Positions 13,258-25,885 of a stretch of 64,000 nucleotides of DNA are shown in pieces. Position 1 is the stretch's first letter; every line of letters begins with the position of its first letter. The position numbers and the translations under genes are program-made. The stretch is from assembly GCF_006345805.1 (NCBI RefSeq), contig NW_021833235.1, positions 1 to 64,000 of the forward strand, read 5' to 3'. The notes below the pieces were generated by a model, which saw only the letters and a program-made list of their open reading frames with translations, ran no database searches and was not told the DNA's origin. This DNA comes from Octopus sinensis. Taxonomy: Eukaryota.

Positions 13258-14294
13258 GTATTTTTATATACATACATACAGTGTACATTTAAACACATAA
13301 GAGGTATCCATCATAGGACTACCTGCACGCTAGAGAGGACAGTTAAATTCCAAACCACTATTAGGGATTAAATTTTGAAGGGAATTAAAACTAAAAACAT
13401 TTACTGTCTAACTCCTGGACCAATGGTTTCAGACTTACACACACTAGGTCACTGGTAATGGGAATTTTAAATATTTCAGATTAACCTTTGATATTATTAA
13501 TTATATATATATTGTGAAGACCTGTTGAGGCAAGTGGAATTCAAAATTGAAATCGATCAACATCAATGGAAATTGTAGCTGTGATACATGTGCCGGTGGC
13601 ACGTAAGCGAACCATCCGAATGTGGCCATTGCCAGCGCCGCCCCGACGGGCCTCCGTGCCGGTGGCACGTAAAAAGCACCATCCGATCGTGACCGTTGCC
13701 AGTCTCGCCTTTGATAATATTAATTATATATATATATGCGCAGGAGTGGCTGTGTGGTAAGTAGCTTGCTAACCAACCACATGGTTCCGGGTTCAGTCCC
13801 ACTGTGTGGCATCTTGGGCAAGTGTCTTCTGCTATAGCCCCGGGCCGACCAATGCCTTGTGAGTGGATTTGGTAGACGGAAACTGAAAAGAAGCCTGTCG
13901 TATATATGTATATATATATATGTATGTATGTGTGTGTTTGTGTGTCTGTGGTTGTCCCCCTAGCATTGCTTGACAACCGATGCTGGTGTGTTTACGTCCC
14001 CGTCACTTAGCGGTTCGGCAAAAGAGACCTATAGAATAAGTAGTGGGCTTACAAAGAATAAGTCCCGGTGTGGGCTCTGTCATGACTTATAGGGGAGTTG
14101 AGAAACTTGGATCAACTGATACTGTCCTTGACATAAACCCTCTTCAGAGATGTTTGAATTGGCTCTCCCCACTTTTAAAAAGACCAAAAAAAAAAAAAAA
14201 AAACCGGAGTCATTCTGGAATTTTTCATTCTATTTATTCTGTTTATTTATTTATTTGGTAAATGAAGACGATGCCTGATAGGAATGGGTTTTAC

Positions 14295-14520
14295 TTTCAA
14301 AGCCATCTTGGCGAAAAGCATCCTCAGACAGAATCAGGAGAGAGCTGCCGTCACTCACCAAGACGGTGTAACGATGACGGAAGAGGAAATTGAAGACGTT
14401 GGTGCGCGCGCGCGCTTGTATGGAGAGAGAGAGAGGTGTGTATGCACGCGCGGGCGCGCGCCTTGACACGCAACCTCGCCGCCGTATAATATTGCACGAT
14501 AACGTGAAGGTGGTGGAACC
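14295..14520. promoter_or_regulatory. CpG-rich candidate (possibly bidirectional) promoter with YY1, ETS-like and TCT-like motifs
   Basis: Unique CpG-dense patch (gcgcgcgcgcgc, cgcgcgggcgcgcg). YY1 site GCCATCTTGG at 14302-14311. CGGAAG at 14378. Minus-strand TTTCCTCTTCCG followed 27 nt later by donor G|GTGAGT. Confidence 0.5.
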
Positions 14521-14539
14521 CGTTCCTCCTACTCTCGTG

Positions 14540-16160
14540 TTCTCTTTGCTACTTTCATGCGTTTTCTCCCCCTTCTATCTCTGTCTGCCCTTCTCTCTCT
14601 CTCATCCTCCTCTTACCTCAACCCTTCCTAACACATTGTTGCGCAGTGACGTCTTTTCCCTTTCTCTCTCTCTCTCGCTCTCTTCCCTTCCCTCTTCCTG
14701 CAACTCCCTGCAGCTTGTTGCTCAGCGACATCCCCTCTCTCTCTCTTAACACCTTACGTTCTCCTTTCTCTTTCTCACATTCCTTTTCTCTACATGCTCG
14801 GTGTAGCCCTTTCTTCTCTGCTTTCCCACCTCTCTCTTACTCCTTTACTCTATCTACCTTCTCCCCGATTCCCTCATCCTTCCTCCCATTCAAAGAATCT
14901 CAGCCTCAGTGTACTGCTGCCATTGATGTCCTTACATCTTTCTCCTTTACTTTCCCCCTCTCTCACAACCTACTTTTTTACCCACTCCCACTATCCCTCC
15001 GCATTTAATACTTGTTACTCGTCGATGGCCCTTCCTCCCCCTTAGTAAAAATTTCTAGATTCACCTGCTCCTGGTGGTAGTGACAGACGACGTACACCTC
15101 TCTCTCAGTTTCTGCCTTTCTTTCTGTCATTCTAATTTCCCCTCCTTTCATTTCTTGCACTCTCTTCCCTCTCCTCATCCCCCTCTCTCATACTGTTTTT
15201 GTTTTGTTTTTGCAAATTCCACGTTTACTTCCTCCGTCGTCCCCACCTCTATTATGACATTCACCACATTCCTCACTATCTTCTCCTCTCACTCTTCCTC
15301 ACTCTTACATCTCATTCTGTCTTTCTACACATCTCACGTTCTCACTCTCTCTCTCTCTCTCTCGCATATTTTAATTCTTTCCTTGCCACTCCTGTTCTTA
15401 CTGCATGGTCTCTTTCCTTCCTCCCCCTCATACTCCCAATCTCTCACACCTTAGTAACATTTTTCTCTCCTTACTCTCTCACTCTTTTCTCTGTTTCTCC
15501 TCCTCTCACTCCCTTTATCTCTCGCCTCCTACCAAGTCTACTTCCTCCACCTTCCTCTACTTGTATGTTAGAACTTCTTTCTTCCGCCAGTAACTTTTTC
15601 ATATGTACGACTTTTTCTCTCCCCCTCTCTATTTCTTTACCACTTTTCTCTCTCCTTTCACCCTCTCTATCCCTCTTTCTTTTTCTTCCTCTCTCTTTGT
15701 CTCTATCTGTCCCTCTATCTCTGTGTCTAGCTCTTTCTCCTCACTCTCTTTGTCTAGCTTTCTCCTCTCTCTCTTTGTCTAGTTCTTTTTCCTTCTTTCT
15801 CTCTCCTCTCTCTCTATCTACTTCTTTCTCCTCTCTTTCTCTCTTTCTCCTCCTCTCTTTCTCCTCTCTTTCTCTCTTTCTCCTCTCTTTATCTCTTTCT
15901 CCTCTCTTTCTCCTCTCTTTCTCTCTTTCTCCTCTCTCTCTTTGTCTAGTTCTTTCTCCCCTCTCTTTGTCTAGTTCTTTCTCCTTTCTCTCTGCCTCTA
16001 TATCTCCCTGTACCCCCCCTTTTCTATCTCCTTCTCTCTCCTTTTCTATCTCCTTCTCTCTCCCCTATATCCCCGTCTCTGTCTATCTGCCTCTCTCTTT
16101 CTCTATTTCGCATATTTTCTTCCTTCATTTCCCTTCTCTCTTTCTCTCTCTCTCCATATG
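14540..16160 (+). repeat. 1.6-kb CT-rich polypyrimidine low-complexity tract
   Basis: Almost exclusively C/T on the + strand. The overlapping S/L/F/P ORFs are compositional artefacts. Confidence 0.9.
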
Positions 16161-16546
16161 ATCAGATGTCGGTGATGGCAATGAAGGATGGTTTTGCTCA
16201 CTGACGGTGACAGTAGTAGTGATCGTAGTAATAGTAGTAGTAGTAGTAGTAGTAGTAATAATAACAACAACAACAATAATAATAATGGTCTTAAGTCTTG
16301 GCAGCGTCGGCGTTGACGTTAATAAGGGTGGCTGGTATTTGACGTTAGCAGCAATGACGGTGATGACGATTATGATGATGATGATAATAGTAGTGATGAT
16401 GATGCCAGCCAGAATCCAGTTTGCTTAGAAAACAAACCAAACTTTGTAGTTCCTACTACTATATGTCACTTACTAAATTTAGACTGGAAGTTTTGCAATG
16501 TTTGGTGTGAGTTCTAGTGTATGTATGTATGTATGTATTTTACACT

Positions 16547-16591
<45 letters not shown>

Positions 16592-16988
16592 CGTGTGTGT
16601 GTGTGTGTATATATAATTTACATGCATATTGTGTATGTGTAAATAGAATTATGTATACACATATATCTAATAACATTTGTGTGTAGGATGTCTCAGAATT
16701 AACTATAGATAGTCAATTCGTAGTTAATTCTGTGACCCTGTATAATATTCGTGTGTTTGTGCATAATCATCATCATCATCCTTTAAAGTCCATTTTCGAT
16801 GCTGGCATGGGGCTGTTGTTGCGCGCGTGCGTGCGTCTATTTATATATAGACACACTTGTGCATCTACCTTCATACATATATTTGTAGTTCTTGTAATAT
16901 TTATTACTGATGATGGTAAATAGGGATGAGGGGACGGCGATGTGATGAGTAAAATTTTTATGTAAGGTATGAAGTAAAATCGTGGGAA

Positions 16989-17718
16989 CCCTTTTGTTAC
17001 TGTATTTATTTATTTTGAGATGTTCTGTGTTTCTTCCAATTATTTTAAATATAACAAAGAATTTAGTAAAATAACTTAGTTATCATTAAGCTAGTGTTAG
17101 GAACATAAATTGTGTCTAAGGTTTGGTGGAAGATTTTAATTCAGAACTTTTGACAAGACATTTGTACTACAGAACTAGAGGCTGTTTCAGCTGGGTTGGT
17201 ATTGAAAGGGCTAAGAATGGTTTCTCTATTATATATCTTAACCCTTTTGTTACCATATTTCTGTTAAAAGATGCTCTGTGTGTCTTTGAGCTAATTTTAA
17301 ATATAACAAAGAATTTAGTAAAATAACTTAGTTATCATTAAGCTAGTGTTAGGAACATAAATTGTGTCTAAGGTTTGGTGGAAGATTTTAATTCAGAACT
17401 TTTGAAAACAAGACATTTGTACTCAGAGCCAGAGCCAGTTTCAGCCGGGTTGGTATTAAAAGGGCTAAGAATGGTTTCTCTATTATATATTTTAACCCTT
17501 TTGTTACCATATTTCTGTTAAAAGATGCTCTGTGTGTCTTTGAGCTAATTTTAAATATAACAAAGAATTTAGTGAAATAACTTAGTTATCATTAAGCTAG
17601 TGTTAGGAACATAAATTGTGACTAAGTTTTGGTGGAAGATTTTAATTCAAAACTTATGAAAACAAGACATTTATACTCAGAGCCAGAGCTGGTTTCAGCC
17701 AGGTTGGTATTGAAAGGG
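16989..17718. mobile_element. Three tandem copies (about 254-bp period) of a TTAA/CCC...GGG piggyBac-like MITE
   Basis: Units (tt)aaCCCTTTTGTTAC...GAAAGGG at 16989, 17242 and 17496. Related ends at 6150 and at 30914-31939. Confidence 0.7.
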
Positions 17719-17889
17719 TAAATGAGTAAACGAGAACCTCTTGATCTGTATTGATGTGAATAAGATATTACTGAGAAACTGAAGAAGTATTTGTTTGGGA
17801 TTAATGAAACATTCCTGGTGAAGAATAAAACAGGATATCTTTTCTCCAAGAAACATTTGTGAACTGGTAGTCATTAAGAACATTTTGCA

Positions 17890-18861
17890 AAACTTGGTAC
17901 CCTCTGTTGGGGGGAAAGTTGGTACCTGAAATTTGGTACACTCTGTTGGGGGGAAAGTTTGTACCTGAAACTTGGTACCCTTTGTTGGGGGAAGGTTGGT
18001 ACCTGAAACTTGGGAAACTTGGTACACTCTGTTGGGGGGAAAGTTTGTACCTGAAACTTAGTACCCTCTGTTGGGAGAAAGTTGGCACCTGAAACTTGGT
18101 ACACTGTTGGGGGAAAGTTGGTACCTGAAACGTGGTACCCTCTGTTGGGGGAAAGTTTGTACCTGAAACCTGGTACCCTCTGTTGGGGGGGGAAAGTTTG
18201 TACCTGAAACTTGGTACTCTCTGTTAGGGGAAAAGTTTGTACCTGAAACTTGGTACACTCTGTTGGGGGGAAAGTTTGTACCTGAAACTTGGTACACTCT
18301 GTTGGGGTAAAGTTTGTACCTGAAACTTGGTACACTCTGTTGGGGGAAAGTTTGTACCTGAAACTTGGTACACTCTGTTGGGGGGAAAGTTTGTACCTGA
18401 AACTTGGTACCCTCTGTTGGGGGAAAGTTGGTACCTGAAACTTGGTACACTCTGTTGGGGGGAAAGTTGGTACCTGAAACTTGGTACTCTCTGTTGGGGG
18501 AAAGTTTGTACCTGAAACTTGGTACACTCTGTTGGGGGGAAAGTTTGTACCTGACACTTGGTACCCTCTATTGAGGGAAAGTTGGTATCCTCTGTTGGGA
18601 GAAAGTTGGTACCCTCTTTTGGGGGAAAGTTGGTACACTCTGTTAGGGGAAAGTTGGTACCTGAATCTTGGCACCGTCCGTTGGGAGAAAGTTGGTACCT
18701 GAAACTTGGTACCCTCTGTTGAGAGAAAGTTGGTACCCTCTGTTGGGGGAAAGTTGGTACCCTCTGTTGGGAGAAAGTTGGTACCCTCTTTTGGGGGAAA
18801 GTTGGTACCTGAATCTTGGCACCGTCCGTTGGGAGAAAGTTGGTACCTGAAATTTGGTACT
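17890..18861. repeat. G-rich minisatellite, about 39-bp unit CTTGGTAC(A/C)CTCTGTTGGGGG(G)AAAGTT(T/G)GTACCTGAAA, with a shorter 24-bp variant
   Basis: More than 20 directly adjacent units with no unique spacers. Confidence 0.95.
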
Positions 18862-20021
18862 TGAGTTGGAGGGGGTTTGGTATTCTGTATTGGAGGAAAC
18901 TAGATACCCTTATATTTGTCAACCCTCACCTGTTTCCAAGCAAGGTTAAATTTTCCCCACAGTTGAACATATTTTCATGGAATATTATGGTCAGGCCCAC
19001 TTAGAACTATTACAAAATATCAAAACTAGGAGACAAACATATGCACATACATACATACATGTGTGTATACTCTTTACTCTTTTACTTGTTTCAGTCATTT
19101 GACTGCGGCCATGCTGGAGCACCGCCTTTAGTTGAGCATATCGACCCTGGGACTTATTCCTTTATAAGCCCAGTACTTATTCTATCGGTCTCTTTTTGCC
19201 GAACCGCTAAGTGACAGGGACGTAAACACACCAGCATCGGGGACAAACACAGGCACACAAACACACACACACATATATATATATATACATATATACGACA
19301 GGCTTCTTTCAGTTTCCGTCTACCAAATCCACTCACAAGGCATTGGTCGGCCCGGGGCTCTAGCAGAAGACACTTGCCCAAGATGCCATGCAGTGGGACT
19401 GAACCCGGAACCATGTGGTTGGTTAGCAAGCTACTTACCACACAGCCACTCCTGCGTATATGCACTAAATCCACTGAAGTGTATTTGTTTCACTTATTTT
19501 CAGTCTCCTTTGTATATCTTCTGCATTCAATGCCTGTGTCTTTTTTTAACCGTGCAACAATGCACGTGCATTGTGCAAACTTAATACAATCTACCTTGAA
19601 CTAAAAAACAGAACCAGCAGAAAACTTGATACCCTTCACCAACCTTTGCTTGTTTTCAAGCAGTGTTAAAATTTTCCTCACAGTTGGACATGTTTTTTGC
19701 ATGGAAGATTGAAACTGAACAACTCTGCTTGCATTATGGCTGGGCCTACTTAGAACTAATGCAAAATAAAAATACTAGGAGACATTCACACTCATACATG
19801 TATGTACACACACCCAACACTGGTTTCTAATATTATGAATCCACTGGAATATATTTGCTTAATTTATCTTGGCTGTGTGGTAAGTAGCTTGCTAACCAAC
19901 CACATGGTTCCGGGTTCAGTCCCACTGCGTGGCATCTTGGGCAAGTGTGTTCTGCTATAGCCCCGGGCCGACCAATGCCTTGTGAGTGGATTTGGTAGAT
20001 GGAAACTGAAAGAAGCCTGTC

Positions 20022-20073
<52 letters not shown>

Positions 20074-20680
20074 GTGTATGTGTCTGTGTTTGTCCGACCA
20101 ACATCGCTAGACAACTGATGCTGGTGTGTTTATGTCCCCGTTACTTAGCAGTTTGGTAAAAGAGACCGATAGAATAAGTACTGGGCTTACAAAGAATAAG
20201 TCCTGGGGTCGATTTGCTCGACTAAACGCGGTGCTCCAGCATGGCCGCAGTCAAATGACTGAAACGAGTAAAAGAGTATATCTTCTGCTTTCAATGCCTC
20301 TGCCTTGTTAACCATGCAGCATGCATTTCATTGTGCAAACCTAGTACAATCTACCCTTTATTCAGAAAGGGAGAACCTCTTCATCACCAGCAGACATTAG
20401 TAGCTCCCTGAATTTTTTCTGTTATTCTGGCAATTATGCCTTCAGAATATCTTCATATACTCTTTTACTCTTTTACTTGTTTCAGTCATTTGACTGCGGC
20501 CATGCTGGAGCACTGCCTTTAATCGAGCAACTCGACCCCAGGACTTATTCTTTTGTAAGCCCAGTACTTATTCTATCGGTCTCTTTTGCCGAACCACTAA
20601 GTAACGGGGACATAAACACACCAGCATCGGTTGTCAAGCAATGCTAGGGGGACAAACACAGACACGCAAACATACACATG

Positions 20681-20736
<56 letters not shown>

Positions 20737-21194
20737 ACGGGCTTCTTTCAGTTTCCGTCTACCAAATTCACTCACAAGGCTTTGGTCGGCCCGAGGCTAT
20801 AGTAGAAGACACGTGCCCAAGGTGCCATACAGTGGGACTGAACCCGGAACCATGTGGTTGGTAAGCAAGCTGTGGCTGATGAAATCACCTAGGTAACAGA
20901 AAATGCAGTCTATTTTTATGGGACCTGCCACATGTTGGAGGGAACTTACTTTACTGTTGCCTGAGTGCTAACAATGCTTATACAGCTGACAGCTCACTCT
21001 GAAGTCTTTTATATCTGTTATTCTGACTGTGACCCATCTGCATCTCTTGTGCATCCATAGTTTATACTAACATTGGCATGGCTGCATTGTTAAGGAGCTC
21101 ACTTAGTAACCATGTAGTTTCAGGTTCAGTCCCACTGTGCAGCACCTGTCAGACTGCTGAAAGCATCTGAGCAGGTCTCTGAGGCATTTGCATC

Positions 21195-21707
21195 CCCGTC
21201 TGTTCCTATCTCTGCCCACATAGTCTACACCAGTGCTTTTCAAACTTTTTGCTGAAGCGGAACCCCAAGGAAACATTCCACTGGCTCGAGGAACCCCTGT
21301 GCAATAATTTAATTGTCTTATGCACACATAACTGCACAGGAGAATTAGAAATTACTGTCGATTTTAGCATTTTTCTAACTTCTTGCAGAACCCCTGCACT
21401 GTACTGGCGGAACCCTAAGGTTCCGTGGAACGCTGTTTGAAAACCACTGGTCTAGATGCGTGTCCAAGGTAGCATTCCAATCTCCCACTAAAAGTAAAGG
21501 GCGAGACGTTCCTTGGAATACTTCTAGAAATTGAAAGTAATCCGGCTGACCTGTTAAAGGCGGTGCATGGACTGATACGAGTTGAAAAGCACATCCATTG
21601 CTGCCATCGACATCCAGGACAATCAGTCTACCCTCCAGGTCTACAAATCTTGTCTTTACTTTGAGATCCAGACTCTTGCGAAAAAGTACTGCCGTGCCAC
21701 TACCGCC

Positions 21708-21712
<5 letters not shown>
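21195..21712 (-). mobile_element. L1/Tx1-type LINE apurinic endonuclease fragment (interrupted by the hAT MITE)
   Basis: GTAVLFRK...GRLIVLDV...LVSVHAP...LLLVGDWNATLD. Confidence 0.7.
21231..21449. mobile_element. Second copy of the same hAT MITE, opposite orientation
   Basis: CAGTGCTTTTCAA...TTGAAAACCACTG. Degenerate TSD gtctacac/gtctagat. Confidence 0.85.
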
Positions 21713-21746
<34 letters not shown>

Positions 21747-22094
21747 ATATAATGTACACCGGAGTAAGTACATAAATGTGAAACAAGGTGGAAAAAAGAG
21801 TACTCAAATACCAGTGGTAGAGTAATATGCTTTATTTAAAAGCAGCAGAAATATAATGTATATATATGTAGTATATAATGTATATATATATATGTAGTAT
21901 ATAATGTATATATATATGTAGTATATAATGTATATATATGTAGTATATAATGTATATATATATGTAGTATATAATGTATATATATATGTAGTATATAATG
22001 TATATATATATGTAGTATATAATGTATTTATATATGTAGTATATAATGTATTTATATATGTAGTATATAATGTATTTATATATGTAGTATATAT

Positions 22095-23132
22095 CATCAT
22101 CATCGTTTAATGTCCACTTTTCATGCTAGCATGGGTTGGACGATTGACTGAGGGCTGGTGAACCAGATGGCTGTACCAGGCTTCAATCTTGATCTGGCAG
22201 AGTTTCTAGAGCTGGATGCCCTTCCTAACGCCAACCACTCCGAGAGTGTAGTGGGTGCTTTTATGTGCCAGTCAGGATGTACTGGCAATGACCTTGCTCG
22301 AAACTTTTACACATGCCACTGGCACAGGTGCCAGTAAGGCAACGCTGGTAATGATCACGCTTGAATGGTGTCTTTTACATGCCACTGGCATGGAGGCCAG
22401 ATAGCCCCTCTGGCAATGATCATGCTTGGATGGTGCTCTTAATACCATACTAGCACGGTGTTTGAGTTCAAATGGTGCCTTTTTTAAGTGCCACTGACAC
22501 GGAAGCCGGTTAGCCGCTCTGTCAATGATCACGCTCGTAAGGTGCTCTTTGCACCCTGCTAGCACGGATGCCAATCGTCGATTTTGATTTCACTTGCCAC
22601 AACAGGTCTTCGCAAGCAGAGTTTTAGTGTCCAAAGAAGGAAAAGGTACGCATAACTGGGCTGGTTACGCCCCTGGCATAGGCCATGAGATTATGGTTTC
22701 ATTTGGCTTGCCGGGTCTTCTCATGCACGGTATATTTCCAAAGGTCTTGGTCACTAGTCATTTCCTTGGTGGGGCCTAAATTTCGAAGGTTGTGCTTCAC
22801 CACCTCATCCCAGGTCTTCCTGGGTCTACCTCTTCCACAGGTTCCCTCAACTGCTAGGGTGTGGCACTTTTTCACACAGCTGTCCTCATCCATTCTCGCT
22901 ACATGACCATACCAGCGCAGTCGTCTCTCTTGCACACCACAACTGATGCTTCTTAGGTCCAACATTTCTCTCAAAGTACCTACACTCTGTCGAGTATGCA
23001 CACTGACATTACACATCCATTAGAGCATACTGGCTTCATTCCTTGCGAGCTAATGCATGTCCTCAGCAGTCACAGCCCATGTTTCACTGCCATGTAGCAT
23101 GGCTGTTCATACACATGCATCATAGTCTACCT
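22095..23132 (-). mobile_element. RTE LINE 3' fragment
   Basis: (CAT)n tail. ERRLRWYGHVARM...RGRPRKTWDEVVK, same family as 513-2405. Confidence 0.88.
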
Positions 23133-23535
23133 TATATATAGTATATACTTTTTACTTGTTTCAGTCATTTGACTGTGGTCATGCTGGAGCACCGCCTTTA
23201 GTCAAACAAATTGACCCTAGGACTTATTCTTTGTAAGCCTAGTACTTATTCTATCGGTATCTTTTGCCGAACCGCTAAGTTACGGTGACGTAAACACACC
23301 AGCATTGGTTGCCAAGCGATGTTGGGAGACAAACACAGACACACAAACATATACACACACATAAATATATATATATGTATATAAAATAAATATAAGAGAG
23401 TGGTCACTATATGGCTCACTCTAGCACCAGTTAATCCAAAGGTTTCAACCACTAAAAATACATGCTTCCCAGAAAGTCAGTACGATTGTTAGCTCACACG
23501 GACAGGGCAAATAAAAAATAACAAAATACAGATTA

Positions 23536-23615
23536 TTTTGGGACATTGTTTCGCTATTAATGAATTAAATGTAATTTTATTACAAAAAAATCCACTTGTA
23601 GCTCGTCAGCCAAAA
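23536..23615 (-). ncRNA. Type I hammerhead ribozyme, canonical core, GUC cleavage site
   Basis: ttttgg CTGACGA gcta-(extended stem II)-tagc GAAA caatGTC ccaaaa. Predicted cut between 23542 and 23541. Confidence 0.75.
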
Positions 23616-23899
23616 CTATCTGGATGAAATCCACTCAATCACAACGCCAGATTTTACCATAACGATAAAACGCGTGTGGTTCAATGATTACATCCGACGT
23701 TATGATTCAAATGCCCCAACTAACAGCGCGCCAAACTTCACGGAAAACAAATATATATATGTATATACATATATACAACGGGCTTCTTTTCAGTTTCCGT
23801 CTACCAAATCCACTCACAAGTCTTTGGTCGACCCGAGTCTATAGTAGAAGACACTTGCCCAAGGAGCCACGCAGTAGGACTGAACCCAGAACCTTGTTC

Positions 23900-24217
23900 T
23901 CTGAGGTTAAGTTAAGTTAATTTTTTGGCTCAAAAAGCAAGGCCATGTAGGGGGACATGGAGTTATGTACAGGGTGGTGTTCATGCAAAGAGTTCAGGCC
24001 ATTTGTGGTCAAGAGAGACTTTGAACCAAGCGGTCGTAGGCATCTTCACTATCTCGTCCGGCAGCTTATTCCACGGATCCGCAACCTGGACGGAGAAAGC
24101 CCCTCTCCTTCGATTGAGATGAAATCATCGCAGATAGAGCTTTTCGGAGTGACCCTGCAGCCGACGCTCTGGAGCAGGAGTGAAGAACAGCTCTTTCTAG
24201 AGGTTACACTTTCCGCG
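23900..24217 (-). mobile_element. CR1-type LINE 3' end (second copy at 51990-52285, + strand)
   Basis: Reads AFSVQVADPWNKLPDEIV. Near-identical inverted copy at 52 kb. Confidence 0.7.
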
Positions 24218-24699
24218 TTCAGTTACACTTCTTCAAGGCAGTGCCCCAACACGGCCACAGTCTAATGACTGAAACAAGTAAATGGTAAACAATAAAGGTC
24301 CTTGTCACTTTGTTACATGTAGGGTACCTGGGACCATATTATGTAATGCTCCTTTTTCCTGACAGCAGATTGTGTAGGGTGAGGAAGATTTGGCTGCTGT
24401 TTCTAACTGGTTGACCATATTGGCATCATTGATCTTCTCTTGTGGTTGATGTATTTGGCACGACATACTGTTTATGATACATGTGTATGTGTGTAATTTG
24501 AGGGAGATTTAGCTGCTATTTGATGACACCAGTGTGATTTGCCTGAACTTTTCTTGTGGTTGAGGACCATGATGATGATGGTGATGGTGATGACAATATT
24601 GTCATGATTTTGTAATGAGTAAAACTGCCTTTGTGTGTGTGTGTGTGTGATAGAGATTTGAGGTAGATCTGGCTGCTATTTCTAACAGATTGACCAGTC

Positions 24700-25085
24700 A
24701 CATCACCATCATTGAACTTCTTGTGGTAGATAATAATGGTGGTGGTGGTGATGGTGGTGGTGGTGGTGATGATGGATGGTGGTGGTGGTGGTGATGATGA
24801 TGATGGTGGTGATGATGGTGGTGATGATGGTGGTAATGATGGTGGTGATGACGACGATGGTGGTGGTGGTGATGGTGGTGGTGGTGATGATGGTGGTGGT
24901 GATGGTGTGATGACGATGACAGTCGTGGTGATGATGGTAGTGATGGTGGTGGTGATGGTGATGATGGTGATGGTGGTGAATATGGTGGTGGTGATGACGA
25001 TGGTGGTGATGACGATGGTGGTGATGATGGTGATCATGATAACAATAATGGTGGTGATAATGTTGATGACACATGATGGTAATGT
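24700..25085. repeat. (GGT/GAT)n trinucleotide low-complexity tract
   Basis: Direct inspection. Confidence 0.9.
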
Positions 25086-25542
25086 CATGATTTTTGCCTA
25101 TTGTGTGTGATTTAAGAGAGATTTGGTTGTTATTTCTAGCTAACTGACCAATCATATTGGCATAATTCAAACTTCCTTGTGCTTACCTGATAACAATATT
25201 GTTGCTATTGTTCTCGTTGGCACAATTTCTCAAAGAGCAAGACTACTTTCTCATGAGCTTCGGTGGATTGTGTTGCGTTCCTGCGTTTCTGCAAAATATT
25301 CAGTTTAATGAGGGCCTCTTTTACTCTTTACTCTCTTTTACTTGTTTCAGTCATTTGACTGCGGCCATGCTGGAGCACCGCCTTTAGTCAAGCAACTCGA
25401 CCCCCGGAACTTATTCTTTTTGTAAGCCCAGTACTTATTATATCGGTCTCTTTTGCCGAACCGCTAAGTAACGGGGACATAAACACACCAGCATCGGTTG
25501 TCAAGCAATGCTAGGGGGACAAACGCAGACACACACACACAT

Positions 25543-25585
<43 letters not shown>

Positions 25586-25586
<1 letters not shown>

Positions 25587-25885
25587 GGAGGCGCAATGGC
25601 CTAGTGGTTAGGGCAGCGGACTCGCGGTCGCAGGATTGTGGTTTCGATTTCCAGACCGGGCATTGTGAGTGTTTATTGAGCGAAAACACCTAAAAGCTCC
25701 ACGAGGCTCCGACAGGGGGTGGTGATCCCTGCTGTACTCTTTCACCACTCTTTCTCCCACTCTTTCCTCTGTTGGCCTGCTCGCTTAGCCAGCGGGGTGG
25801 CGTCATTCAAAGGCTAAAACAATGCGAACGCATTGTGACCAGCGATGTGTAACATCTGATGGTCTGGTCGGTCACGTGATCACAT
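25586..25885 (+). mobile_element. tRNA-derived SINE family B, representative copy (others at 29936, 39418, 55852, 61461)
   Basis: GGAGGCGCAATGGCCTAGTGG (A box)...GGTTTCGATTTC (B box)...GTCACGTGA tail. Confidence 0.85.

Noticed and set aside
14070-14171. Second exon of the divergent transcript after a poly-T acceptor
   Set aside because: No convincing donor or reading frame; it runs into a SINE.
15199-16161. 320-aa S/L/F ORF
   Set aside because: A pyrimidine tract lacks stop codons by composition.
17890-18861. CRISPR-like array or repeat protein ORFs
   Set aside because: No unique spacers and no cas genes, and the context is eukaryotic. The ORFs come from a stop-poor tandem unit. The same applies to 34986-35357.
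25586-25660. tRNA gene
   Set aside because: A and B boxes are present, but there is no proper acceptor stem and it continues into a repeated SINE body. The same holds for the other SINE heads.
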